Below, piece after piece: positions 11,765 through 21,066 of a stretch of 64,000 nucleotides of DNA. This DNA is from an uncultured bacterium (GTDB lineage: Bacteria > Armatimonadota > HRBIN16). Under the pieces are notes generated by a model. It did not search any database. It saw only the letters and a list, made by a program, of their open reading frames with translations, and was not told where the DNA came from. Every line of letters starts with the position of its first letter. Positions within the stretch are counted from its first letter, which is position 1. The stretch covers positions 15,879-79,878 of the forward strand of contig CALJAP010000021.1 in NCBI GenBank assembly GCA_938027655.1, given 5' to 3'. The translations under genes and the position numbers were made by a program.

Positions 11765-14700
11765 ATGAATAGACTGTTTCTGGCATGTGCTGCTTTGTGG
11801 TTAGCCTTCGCCCTCTTTGTGCCGCCGGTGTGGTCCGCTCCCCTTTCACTGCTGCGCAACGGTGGCTTCGAGACAGATGCAGGCTGGAGCATGGCAAGCG
11901 GTGCCTCGTACGACCTCCACCACCAGCGCAGTGGACGGCGGAGCCTGCGTGTGGACAGCACGCAAAGCGTGCAGGTGGAACAGATTATCTATACCGTTGT
12001 GCCCGGCGAAAAGCTGACGGTATGCGGCTGGGTGGCGACGCAGAATGTGGTTCCTGTTTCGGGAGCCGGGTATGCCTTTATGGCAATCTATCAGTATGAT
12101 GCTGCCGGGCGTATGGTGGAAGCGCACGACTTTGCCCAATACACCGGCACTCGCACATGGACAGTCGCGCAGTACACGTTCACGGTGAATGTGCGGACAG
12201 AATACGTTGCCGTGCGCGTGGGCATCTACAATGCAAGCGGCACCGCGTGGTTCGATGACCTCAATCTGGTGAAGGGGGAAAGGGCAGTGGAATGGGTAGA
12301 ACCTGCAGGTACCCCGCGGCGGACAGACTATCGCGCGGCGATACTGCATGAACCAGCGTTGCCGGTAAAAGGGGCGCGCACGCCGATAGAAGCTTTCCAA
12401 CGTGCTCTGACTGCGGAAGGTATCCCGCTGACCCCGTTGAGCGCGTCTCAGCTCGCCGACCCCGCCTTGTTCAACGCCGAAAAGTTTGACCTGCTTATCG
12501 TACCAACGGGCGCGTCGTTTCCGGTGGAGGCAAGGAAATGCCTGCAGGCTTTTCTGACGCAGGGGGGCGACCTGCTGTGTACTGGCGGGTATGCGTTCGA
12601 CCATCTGCTGATGAAACGGGACGGCAAATGGGTATCTTACGCAGAGTTCATCCAACAGCAGATGCAACGGGCACGGGACCCCCGTTTTGCCTTGGCGCCC
12701 AACGGCGGTTTTGAGGAGGGAGGAGCCGGTTGGGAAGCGGACGTGCGCGAGCAGTGTCGTATCGTCACCGAAAACCCCGCTGCCGGGGAACGTTGTGCCA
12801 GGGTAACGGCGAACAGTGTGCAATCAGGGGCACGCTTCAGCTACACGTTGCCTGTAGAGCCGGGCGGTATTTACCTGGTTGGGGCGTCGATACGCACCGA
12901 GAACGTGCAGGGACCGGGCTTCGCCTTTCTGGCGGTATACCAGTACGACCGCGAGGGCAAGCTGGTGACCTTTAAAGATTTCGCTCAGGTGCGCGGCACA
13001 CAGCGCTGGAGACGCTACGAAGAGCGGTTTGAAATCGCACCGGACGCGGCGAAAGTGGTGTTTCATGCCGGGCTATACCTCGCTACGGGTGCAATGTGGT
13101 TCGATGAAGTGACCTGCGCGCCGGTTCCGCGCGAGGAGCGTATCAACGCCCACTATGGCAAACCTGAGGACGGACTGGTGATTACCCCCACTCAGCTCAC
13201 CCTCTTTAGCCCGGACCAGCCGATAGCCGGCAAACAGCTGGTGTCCGCGCCGTGGATTGGGACGAACTGGCGTTCCGACGGGGAGGTAAGGGGTTACGAA
13301 GCCACTGCCCAGCTCCGTCAAAATGCGCGGTGGCTGCCGCTGGTGACGGCGCAGGATGAGTACGGACGTTTTGCGGGGGTGGCGGGTGCGCTGGTGCGCC
13401 ATTTTGCCGGAGCATTTACCGACTCCGCCTGGGCGATTTTCGGTGTAGCCAATCGCGACATCTTCGCAGGCGCGCAAGGACAGACGTTGCTCCGGCAAAC
13501 GATGCGGCTGCTACGGGCAGGCGTGTTCGCCCAGCTCCTACGAAGCGACTACGCCAGTTACCAGCGCGGCGAGACCGTGCGGATGCACCTGGAGATACGG
13601 AATACCTCTCCGCGCCCGCAGACGGTGAGCGTTGTCTGGCGTTTGTTATCGCCGGAGGGGGCGTCTCTACAGCAGCAACGGAGCAGGCTGGAGATACCTC
13701 CCACAGGGAAGTCAGACGCTGAGTGGACATGGACAATTCCACAAAACGCCCCCGATTTCGTGGTGATACAGGTGGACATCCGGCAGGGCGATCTCACGCT
13801 GGACCGCGTGGAAAGCGGCTTCTGCGTGAAAGACGAAAGTGTGCTGCAAAACGGTGTGCGCATCACCTATCGCGATAATGCCTTCACCCTGACCTATCCT
13901 GACGGCTCCGCTCGGCGGGTGCTCCTGCTGGGTACGGATACGTACGGCAACTGGTTCGGGTCACGCAGTCATAGTCCGCTCACCTGGTTCCGCGAAATCG
14001 GTCTGATGCGTGATTATGGGCTCCATACCTACGAGAACCTGCAGTTTCACCCGCAAGGCTATCAGTTCACCGAAGCACAGTGGAGGCAGCTGGACGCGGT
14101 GGTGCAGTTGTCGCAACGTTTTGGGCTGCCCTACATGGCTGGTCTGTTGATAGGGCAGGATGTGGTGGTAGACGATGCGACGCTGAAGCAGCAGGCGGAG
14201 ATGTGCCGGCAGTTCGCCGCGCGATACAAGCACGTGCCCGGGTTGATTTACTATCTCAACGGCGATTTTCAACTCAACCTGAAAGACATCCCGGATATCC
14301 GTCGTTTGTGGAACGAGTTCCTTCGCCAGCGCTACGGCAGCGATGAAGCGTTGCGCCGGGCATGGGCGCCCCATGTTCCGGAGGCGAAGCTTGGCGAGAT
14401 ACCGGTGCAGAACGCCGTTTCGGGTAGCTGGTACGAGGTGCGAACCCGCGACGTGCGCGAGTTTCAGACGTTTCTCATGCGGCGGTGGATTGGTGCGCTC
14501 TGTGAGGCGATTCGTTCCGAAGACACCCAACACCCTATCACCAGCGAATACTACCAGCGTCCTTTCAACGGCATCGACCTGCGCCTGTCTATCGACGGGA
14601 TGGACGCCTCGAACATCGGCTACTTCAACCCACCACAGCAAGACCTGGCTCTACTCATGGCGACCATCAAGTGGAACGACATGCGCTTCGCGGGTAAAAC

Positions 14701-16126
14701 AGTGAATCTGGGCGAGTTCGGGGTTAAAACGCATGACGCCTGGAAGCCTGAACTGGGCGGGACTCACTATCACATCCGGCGCACCGAATGGCAACAGCGG
14801 CAGCTGTTCTGGTGGGTAGTACATGCCGCGCTCGCGCTGGATGTCACCAAGATTCAAAACTGGTGCTGGACAGACGACCCCGACAGCGTGTTCCCCTGGG
14901 GCATCGCGTGGAATAATCCCCTACGCCCGAAGCCTGTTTTGAAACTCTATCGCAACCTGCGCCTCTTTTCCGACAGGGTGCCTCGTGAGCATCGAAAGTC
15001 GGATGTGGTGCTGGTGCTTCCCGATAACTGGCGTCTGGGTGCGCCGGAGGGGCTGGCGCATACCGCACTGATGAACGCGATAGAGTGCTTGCTGGCAACA
15101 GGTGTGCCCTTCGACGTGGCAAACGAGGCGGATTTGCCCTTGCTGACACAGAATCCTCCGCAGGCGGTGCTGATGCCTCTGGCGTACGCTCTATCGGACG
15201 CCTCGGTAACCGCCCTGTCCACACTGGCAGAGGCGGGATGCCGGGTATATCTCTCTGGCGACCCTTCCACCGACCCGCTGGGGGGGCGCAATGCGTCCCG
15301 TCTGGAAAATCTGTGCGGAGTGCGTCTGCAAGAAGCGCGGGAACACCCTTCAGGCTTGCCACTGCCGATAGTGGAAGCGACTGGTGCAGAAGTGCTGTCC
15401 CTGTCCGAAAGCGTGCCGGTGTATCGCCATCGTCTGGGGAAGGGCACGGTATTCTATGCACCGACCCCATGGGAGACACTGCCCGGCATAGACATTTTCG
15501 GGCAGGAGGTGTCTCTCACCGCCGATAGCAGAGTCAACCTGTATCTGGGCATTCTGCAGTCGATGGGCTTGAAACCGCCTGTGATGCTAGAATCTGCGGA
15601 GGGGGTATGGCGGACGACCCTGTCCGGCGGTGACTCCCTTCGGCTGGTGTCGCTCTTCCCGCGCCATGTTCAACAGCCGACAACAAGCGTCGTTTTACAA
15701 GTTGGGGGGCATCGGCTGGATATAGAAGCCCGAAACGACCTGCCCTGTGCAGTGTTGATGGACGGTACAGCGCAGCCGGTGGCAGCATCCGGCGGGGGCA
15801 GGTTACGCATCGATGGCACGCAGGTGGCTGCTGGGGAGAGCGCGTGGATGCTGGTGAGCCTGGATGATAAGCCGCTCTCGCGCGCGGAAACGCTGGCAAT
15901 GACCACGATGGACGGCGGCAAGCTGCAATGGCGAAGCGACGTGCAGGGTTTGTCGGCATGGATTGTGGAGTGGCACAATGGCGTGGCGCAGTCGGTAACA
16001 GGGGTACCTTTACAGAAAACAGCAGAGGGATGGGTGCTTGCGTGCCCACCGGGTGAGCTGGTAGTTGTGTGCCGGAAAGAGGTACTGCCCGCCGTTCTGG
16101 AAAAGATTTCCTTTACAAAACCTTAA
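11765..16126 (+). CDS. Large secreted multidomain carbohydrate-active protein: two CBM-like beta-sandwich modules followed by a putative glycoside hydrolase TIM-barrel region
   Basis: Signal peptide MNRLFLACAALWLAFALFVPPVWSA. Two NGGFE...WFDD modules, at about aa 30-170 and about aa 310-450, resemble CBM4/9/22 modules. The C-terminal 900 aa resemble beta-galactosidase-like GH domains. Confidence 0.5.
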   Translation: MNRLFLACAALWLAFALFVPPVWSAPLSLLRNGGFETDAGWSMASGASYDLHHQRSGRRSLRVDSTQSVQVEQIIYTVVPGEKLTVCGWVATQNVVPVSGAGYAFMAIYQYDAAGRMVEAHDFAQYTGTRTWTVAQYTFTVNVRTEYVAVRVGIYNASGTAWFDDLNLVKGERAVEWVEPAGTPRRTDYRAAILHEPALPVKGARTPIEAFQRALTAEGIPLTPLSASQLADPALFNAEKFDLLIVPTGASFPVEARKCLQAFLTQGGDLLCTGGYAFDHLLMKRDGKWVSYAEFIQQQMQRARDPRFALAPNGGFEEGGAGWEADVREQCRIVTENPAAGERCARVTANSVQSGARFSYTLPVEPGGIYLVGASIRTENVQGPGFAFLAVYQYDREGKLVTFKDFAQVRGTQRWRRYEERFEIAPDAAKVVFHAGLYLATGAMWFDEVTCAPVPREERINAHYGKPEDGLVITPTQLTLFSPDQPIAGKQLVSAPWIGTNWRSDGEVRGYEATAQLRQNARWLPLVTAQDEYGRFAGVAGALVRHFAGAFTDSAWAIFGVANRDIFAGAQGQTLLRQTMRLLRAGVFAQLLRSDYASYQRGETVRMHLEIRNTSPRPQTVSVVWRLLSPEGASLQQQRSRLEIPPTGKSDAEWTWTIPQNAPDFVVIQVDIRQGDLTLDRVESGFCVKDESVLQNGVRITYRDNAFTLTYPDGSARRVLLLGTDTYGNWFGSRSHSPLTWFREIGLMRDYGLHTYENLQFHPQGYQFTEAQWRQLDAVVQLSQRFGLPYMAGLLIGQDVVVDDATLKQQAEMCRQFAARYKHVPGLIYYLNGDFQLNLKDIPDIRRLWNEFLRQRYGSDEALRRAWAPHVPEAKLGEIPVQNAVSGSWYEVRTRDVREFQTFLMRRWIGALCEAIRSEDTQHPITSEYYQRPFNGIDLRLSIDGMDASNIGYFNPPQQDLALLMATIKWNDMRFAGKTVNLGEFGVKTHDAWKPELGGTHYHIRRTEWQQRQLFWWVVHAALALDVTKIQNWCWTDDPDSVFPWGIAWNNPLRPKPVLKLYRNLRLFSDRVPREHRKSDVVLVLPDNWRLGAPEGLAHTALMNAIECLLATGVPFDVANEADLPLLTQNPPQAVLMPLAYALSDASVTALSTLAEAGCRVYLSGDPSTDPLGGRNASRLENLCGVRLQEAREHPSGLPLPIVEATGAEVLSLSESVPVYRHRLGKGTVFYAPTPWETLPGIDIFGQEVSLTADSRVNLYLGILQSMGLKPPVMLESAEGVWRTTLSGGDSLRLVSLFPRHVQQPTTSVVLQVGGHRLDIEARNDLPCAVLMDGTAQPVAASGGGRLRIDGTQVAAGESAWMLVSLDDKPLSRAETLAMTTMDGGKLQWRSDVQGLSAWIVEWHNGVAQSVTGVPLQKTAEGWVLACPPGELVVVCRKEVLPAVLEKISFTKP

Positions 16127-16223
16127 AACCTTGTTAACACTAAGGGGGTAGGATGATATTAGAAGGTCGCCTTAGAAATGCAGAACACAACACGCACCTG
16201 AGGCGCCCCGTAATCCCCCGGCT

Positions 16224-16260
16224 TCGGCGGCGGTTGGTGAAACTGCCGCCTTTTTCTTTT
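16224..16260 (+). terminator. Intrinsic terminator (GGCGGCGG-ttggtgaaact-GCCGCC followed by TTTTTCTTTT)
   Basis: GC stem followed by a T-tract, downstream of the 11765-16126 gene. Confidence 0.75.
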
Positions 16261-16352
16261 AACCGATGCAAAAACCGGTAACAGACTTCTGGCGGTTTTG
16301 TGACCGGAATGATATACTGACATTAGAAGGGTAGCATGTAAAGGAGGCGATT

Positions 16353-17096
16353 GTGATGGTTCGTATCAGCGAAGACCTGCGTCTGGTTGACCAGCGTGTC
16401 ACCGAATCTATCCTACGTCTGCGCAGTATCGAGGAGATACAGAGGCGAGAGAAAACGCGCGCTGTGCTTCCCGTGATAACCATCTCCCGCCAGATAGGAA
16501 CCGGCGGCTCGGAGGTGGCGCAGAAACTGGTGGAGAGGCTCGGTCCGCCGTGGCAGATATGGGACCAGCAGATTATCGATGCCATCGCCAATCACGCAGA
16601 AGTGCGCAAGGAGATGGTACAGTCGCTGGACGAGCAGGCTCAAGATGAGGTTGAGACGGTGGTCAAATCCTTGCTGGGGGTCGGGGTTATCGAAAGCCCG
16701 AGCTACCATAAGCATCTGGCGGAAGTGCTACTGACCATCGAGCGGGCGGGGTTTGCCATCATTCTCGGGCGGGGAGCGAACTTCTTATTGCCTCGTGCCC
16801 TGCGCGTGCGATTGAAGGCGTCTATGCCGGTGCGCGTTGAGCGTGTGATGAAACAGATGAACTTGACGCGCGAGCAGGCAGAACGCACGATTCGGGACTC
16901 CGACAGGCGACGCGCCGCCTTTGTCAAACAGATGTTCGGTCGGCAAATCGATGAAGAGGGGATCTACGACCTGGTTATCTACACCGATGACCTCTCGCCC
17001 GAGGGAGTGGCACGGATTATCCATACTGCTGTGCTGGTTAAATATCCTGAGCTGGAGAAGCCGTCGTCGGTGTATGCGCTGGTGCAGAGGCGCTAG
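16353..17096 (+). CDS. Cytidylate kinase-like family protein (AAA/P-loop)
   Basis: VITISRQIGTGGSEVAQKLVERLG matches the cytidylate-kinase-like family N-terminus. AGGAGG RBS and an extended -10 TGaTATACT lie upstream. Confidence 0.6.
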   Translation: MMVRISEDLRLVDQRVTESILRLRSIEEIQRREKTRAVLPVITISRQIGTGGSEVAQKLVERLGPPWQIWDQQIIDAIANHAEVRKEMVQSLDEQAQDEVETVVKSLLGVGVIESPSYHKHLAEVLLTIERAGFAIILGRGANFLLPRALRVRLKASMPVRVERVMKQMNLTREQAERTIRDSDRRRAAFVKQMFGRQIDEEGIYDLVIYTDDLSPEGVARIIHTAVLVKYPELEKPSSVYALVQRR

Positions 17097-17940
17097 CGCG
17101 CAGGTCAAGTAGGGTAACTTCCGGCGGACAAAACAGACGCGCTTTGAACAGGGGAGTACCCACCGTCGCCACGCCCGGAGAGACGACAACGTAAGGCTGG
17201 GGCAGTGAGCGATTCAGTCGGCGGGCGATACGGTCGGGGGTGAGAACGCAATCGCCAGCCCACCGTCCAAGGCGCGTGTGGCTCCACAAAGCCCCCCATC
17301 CGGGAATCCGTATCTGCCCACAGTGCGTATGTCCGCACAGGATGAGGTCGAATCGCGCGGTGAGAGAATGGCGCAGAATGTCGGGGGAATGCGCCAGCAA
17401 CAGGTGCAGGTCTGCACAGCGCGAGGCAGGGGCGATTTGCACCAGATGCTCATGTCCCGAATACGGGTCGTCTACTCCGGCAAGCCAGATAGTGGCGTCG
17501 CCCACCCTGAGCGTTGTGGTTTCGTTGGTAAGCACGTGTACTCCGGCTCCTGCCAGCACTCGCTCCAGAACGTCACGGTGAGAAAGCTTCTCGGGTTTGT
17601 GCTCAGCGTTGCCCCACACCGCGTAACTGCCCGCAGTTGTCCGAAGGTGTGAAACCACCTCTCGCAACGGCTGGACGCCGCTGTCCGAGTCCACCAGGTC
17701 TCCGGTCAGAACCGCTATATCCGCCGATGTGCGTGAGAGCAACCCGATAAGCTTGCGCTCCAGTAATCCCATCTTGCGGATATGCAGGTCGCTCAGGTGC
17801 AGGATGGTCAACCCATCCAGCTGGGCAGGCAAGCAGGGTAGAAGCAGAGAGCGTTGTCGCAGGCGCAGGTGGAACGGCTCTATCAAATTCGTCCACGTCC
17901 ACGCGGTTGCAGCTGCTATCAGTGCCCACTCGCTGCTCAT
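17038..17940 (-). CDS. Calcineurin-like metallophosphoesterase (YkuE/YaeI-like)
   Basis: Motifs LSDLH, GDLVD, VWGNAEH and GHTHCGQ. Its 3' end overlaps the convergent 16353-17096 gene by 59 bp. Confidence 0.7.
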   Translation of the reverse strand: MSSEWALIAAATAWTWTNLIEPFHLRLRQRSLLLPCLPAQLDGLTILHLSDLHIRKMGLLERKLIGLLSRTSADIAVLTGDLVDSDSGVQPLREVVSHLRTTAGSYAVWGNAEHKPEKLSHRDVLERVLAGAGVHVLTNETTTLRVGDATIWLAGVDDPYSGHEHLVQIAPASRCADLHLLLAHSPDILRHSLTARFDLILCGHTHCGQIRIPGWGALWSHTRLGRWAGDCVLTPDRIARRLNRSLPQPYVVVSPGVATVGTPLFKARLFCPPEVTLLDLRASASAPAHTPTTASPAQDI

Positions 17941-18668
17941 GGCTTTCGCAGCACAGCAACCACGCTAACCCCCCATGGAAAGCGCAGGTGCGACAGCATG
18001 GCGGTCTCGATGCGCTGAACGCGGATGAGCAGTCGGTTCAGCCACGCTGGCAGGGAGGGAAGCTGGGCTTCTGGTTCCTTACCGGGTGCCGGTCGGCGTT
18101 TGAGCAGGCGCATGACCAGCGCAAGCGGAAACAGGAAAAAGAGGGCATACGTCAGGCGGGTTATCTCGAAGCCGGCAGCACAACTGCGCTTTGCCAGCAC
18201 ATGAGCGACGTAACGTCGTCGGTGCATCAAGGCGAGGTCATGCTCGCTCCAGAGGATACTGTAGGCGGGTACGGTAATTACCACATATCCGCCCGGCTTC
18301 AATGCGCGATAAAACTCTTTCAGCACCGCCACATCGTCATCCAGATGTTCCAGAATGTCGGTAGCGACGATAACATCCACGCTTTCATGAGCGATAGGCA
18401 GTCTCTCGGCGGCGGCGAGCAACAGGTTGTTCAGCCCGCGCTGCCGACTCCAGGAAAGGGCGAGAAGGGAGATGTCTATTCCAATGACCGTGCCGTAGCG
18501 GCGTAGCTGCATGGCGGTTGCGCCGGTACCACATCCCACATCGACAATAATCGCATGGTGAGGCAGGGGCAGTCGGCGCACCAGCGAGTCCACCAACTCA
18601 CGGCGGCTCACGAACCACCAGTAGTGGTCCTCGTAGCGATACATGCGTTCGTACTCGGCGGGGTTCAT
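17937..18668 (-). CDS. Class I SAM-dependent methyltransferase
   Basis: VDVGCGTGATAMQL glycine-rich SAM motif. Shares 4-bp overlaps with both neighbouring genes (operon). Confidence 0.7.
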   Translation of the reverse strand: MNPAEYERMYRYEDHYWWFVSRRELVDSLVRRLPLPHHAIIVDVGCGTGATAMQLRRYGTVIGIDISLLALSWSRQRGLNNLLLAAAERLPIAHESVDVIVATDILEHLDDDVAVLKEFYRALKPGGYVVITVPAYSILWSEHDLALMHRRRYVAHVLAKRSCAAGFEITRLTYALFFLFPLALVMRLLKRRPAPGKEPEAQLPSLPAWLNRLLIRVQRIETAMLSHLRFPWGVSVVAVLRKP

Positions 18669-19444
18669 GGCGCCTGATGGGGTTCTTGCACGACCGCCCG
18701 CAACGCATGATGGCGTCGAGAGATGCGCAGCAACGCGAGAAACATGCGCACCGCATCGCGCAGCAAGCGCACTTTAGACCCTTCGCGGTGCATCCAGTGT
18801 ACCGGCACTTCCGCTATCCGGTATCCCAGACGCAGGGCGACGTGTAGCACCTCGATATCGAAGCTGAAGCCGTTCTCTTCACAGCGGGAGAATATCTCCT
18901 GGGCGGCTTCTTGCCGAAATAGCTTGAACCCGCACTGCGTGTCGTGGATACCGGGCACTGCCAGCAACTGCACCATCAGATTGAAGCTGCGCCCAGCGAA
19001 CTCGCGGTACCACGGCTGTCGCACCACCAGCTTTGCACCCCGCACCGCCCGCGAGGCGATGGCGATATCATATCCCTCGCGCAGCTTGGCAGCAAGGTTC
19101 GGCAGCTCCTCGATGGGAGTAGCCAGGTCGGCGTCGGAAAAGAGCACCCACTCCCCCTGCGAACGCAAAACACCGGTGCGTACCGCATGCCCCTTGCCCC
19201 GGTTCGGCTGGTAAGAGATGAGACGCACCTCCGGGTGGTGTTGTGCAAACTCCTGAACAATGACAGGGGTGCGGTCGGTGGAACCATCGTCCACCACAAG
19301 TAGCTCAAACTGAGGGAAGTGCTCCTGCAGATAAGCGTACATCACGGGCAGGGTGTCACCCAGCCTGCTTTCCTCGTTATAAGCAGGTACCACCACCGAG
19401 ATAGTTGGCAAGTCGGTAAAGGACACAGGGTTCTTTTCACTCAA
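18665..19444 (-). CDS. GT2-family glycosyltransferase (polyprenol/dolichol-phosphate mannosyltransferase-like)
   Basis: ISVVVPAYNEE ... VVDDGSTDRT ... DADL motifs of DPM1-like GT2 enzymes. Likely TTG start. Confidence 0.75.
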   Translation of the reverse strand: MSEKNPVSFTDLPTISVVVPAYNEESRLGDTLPVMYAYLQEHFPQFELLVVDDGSTDRTPVIVQEFAQHHPEVRLISYQPNRGKGHAVRTGVLRSQGEWVLFSDADLATPIEELPNLAAKLREGYDIAIASRAVRGAKLVVRQPWYREFAGRSFNLMVQLLAVPGIHDTQCGFKLFRQEAAQEIFSRCEENGFSFDIEVLHVALRLGYRIAEVPVHWMHREGSKVRLLRDAVRMFLALLRISRRHHALRAVVQEPHQAP

Positions 19445-19488
19445 GGGCGTCCGTCCCCATTCTCAAGAGTTGGCATGTTTTCCGTTTC

Positions 19489-19497
19489 ATTATACCA
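19489..19497 (-). promoter_or_regulatory. Extended -10 promoter (TGgTATAAT) for the GT2-methyltransferase-phosphoesterase operon
   Basis: Minus-strand TGGTATAAT lies about 45 nt upstream of the GT2 start. Two GC hairpins (GTCACG..CGTGAC and GGACGCG..CGCGTCC) sit further upstream. Confidence 0.45.
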
Positions 19498-19611
19498 TTT
19501 TTGCTCGATGGGAGCCTTGCCCTCCAACGGGTTGGGTGGAGGGTCACGCTCCGTCGTGACCACAGTTTGGACGCGACAGAGCGCGTCCCCCCAACGGGTT
19601 GAGTGGAGTAT

Positions 19612-20721
19612 CTACAGTTTAATCGCCGTAGATTTTGACGCCTGGCGCACCTCGTCTGCAGTCACCTCGCGTCCCAGACGGTCGGAGAGGTAGATGCCCT
19701 CGCTGATGAGCATAGTAGCCAGAGCGATTTCGGCAGTAGGCAGCAGTTCCACCCGTCCCTGCAGTGCGGCAATCCAGTGGTGCTGCGGCGAGTCGTATGC
19801 GTCGGTGTTTTCAACCAGCTGGTGCCAGCGCCAGTCCGCGCTGTTCAGGTCAAAAGTAGCGTTCATGTCCATGTCAGCGATGGTAGTGAAGTAGCCGAAC
19901 GGATGTAGACGCACGCCGCCTTTGGAGCCGAAGATACTGCTGCCCTCGAAGCCGTCAAGATGCACTGCCCATGCCTCGATGATGTCTATAGTGACATCGT
20001 TGGCGCACTTGACAAAGCCCAGCCCGAGCTCTTCCACATCGTAGCCGCTGATTTCCCGTCGGCGGCAGTCCATGTCAGTTTCCTGGTAGGTCTTGCCGCT
20101 GATGCGTTCGACCTTCGGCAAGCCGAGCAGGTACAGCACCTGTGCGATGTGGTAAACGCCCATATCGTATAGCGCGCCGCCCGCCGCGACCGCTTTCTGC
20201 ACGAAAGAAGCTGTGCCGTATCCGTCCACGTACGGTCTGCCGCGCCGTCGGAAGCCTGTGGAGCGCGCGTGGTACAATTTTCCCAGATAGCCTTCATCGA
20301 TTAGCCTCTTGGCGGCTTTGGTCTCTTTGGAGAAGAGGGTTGCCAGCTGAATCGAGAGCTTCCTGCCTGTGCGTTTAGCCGTTTCGTACATGGCAAGAGC
20401 GTCTATATAAGCACCTGCCATCGGCTTTTCGCAATAGACGTGCTTGCCAGCCTGCAGAGCCTCGATGGTCACGGGAGCGTGCAGGTTGTTGTGCAGGCAC
20501 ACATCGACGGCGTCGATGTCGTCACGTTCCAGCAGTTTGCGGAAGTCGGTTGTCGTATAGGGGATGTGGTAATCCGCGGCAACACGTTGTAGCTCTGCTT
20601 CGTTGATGTCTGCGGCGGCAACTATTTGCGCGCCGGGTATCTGGGCGTACTGGTGTAGATGCATCTTACCAATCTGCCCCACACCAATCATTCCAATGCG
20701 TATCGGTTGCATCAGTTCCAC
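19612..20721 (-). CDS. Gfo/Idh/MocA-family oxidoreductase
   Basis: [21 protein letters not shown] Rossmann N-terminus. Confidence 0.75.
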   Translation of the reverse strand: MELMQPIRIGMIGVGQIGKMHLHQYAQIPGAQIVAAADINEAELQRVAADYHIPYTTTDFRKLLERDDIDAVDVCLHNNLHAPVTIEALQAGKHVYCEKPMAGAYIDALAMYETAKRTGRKLSIQLATLFSKETKAAKRLIDEGYLGKLYHARSTGFRRRGRPYVDGYGTASFVQKAVAAGGALYDMGVYHIAQVLYLLGLPKVERISGKTYQETDMDCRRREISGYDVEELGLGFVKCANDVTIDIIEAWAVHLDGFEGSSIFGSKGGVRLHPFGYFTTIADMDMNATFDLNSADWRWHQLVENTDAYDSPQHHWIAALQGRVELLPTAEIALATMLISEGIYLSDRLGREVTADEVRQASKSTAIKL

Positions 20722-20824
20722 CCCTTGGCAAACAAGTTGTGTACACGATACTGTTCGTTCTGGGTGCGCCGGTTACCTTGTGGTGTGCCGCAGAAAATTT
20801 CTCGAAGAATCACCGGATTCCCCC

Positions 20825-20853
20825 TTGACAAAGATATGGAAATGATGTAGTGT
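20825..20853 (+). promoter_or_regulatory. Candidate sigma70 promoter TTGACA-17-TAGTGT driving the downstream structured RNA
   Basis: Perfect -35 TTGACA at 20825-20830 and a 17-nt spacer. The -10 TAGTGT keeps the invariant A2 and T6. Confidence 0.4.
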
Positions 20854-20859
20854 ATAAGT

Positions 20860-21066
20860 AGAGTGGACCCGTCCCGGTAGAGACCGGGCTACGGAGCCAA
20901 GAGGGGGTTTGCCTGCCCGAGCTGAAGTCGAGAGGCGGGAGGTTTCCCGTCCGGCTTGGTTCGGTACCTGCCCCGCCCTCTCCGGTGTGAAAGCCCCCCG
21001 CTCAGGGGTAAGCCGCTGGATCAAGAGCGCGGAGGTAAGGATTCAACCCCCTCTCCGATTTTTTAT
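20860..21066 (+). ncRNA. Candidate structured small RNA of about 200 nt with unknown identity (possibly 6S-like). It has its own promoter and a 3' U-tract.
   Basis: AGAGGGGGTT at 20900-20909 pairs perfectly with AACCCCCTCT at 21045-21054, closing a GC-rich domain of about 145 nt. Internal helices include GAGAGGCGGG/CCCGCCCTCTC, CCCGG-tagaga-CCGGG and CCCC-gctca-GGGG. The element ends in AUUUUUUA. No ORF is supported. Confidence 0.4.

Noticed and set aside
20860-21066. SRP RNA, tmRNA, RNase P or T-box assignment for the structured RNA
   Set aside because: It lacks the SRP helix-8 GGAAGCAGCC motif, the tmRNA GGGG..ACGGG 5' end and RNase P conserved regions. It lies downstream, not upstream, of aspS.
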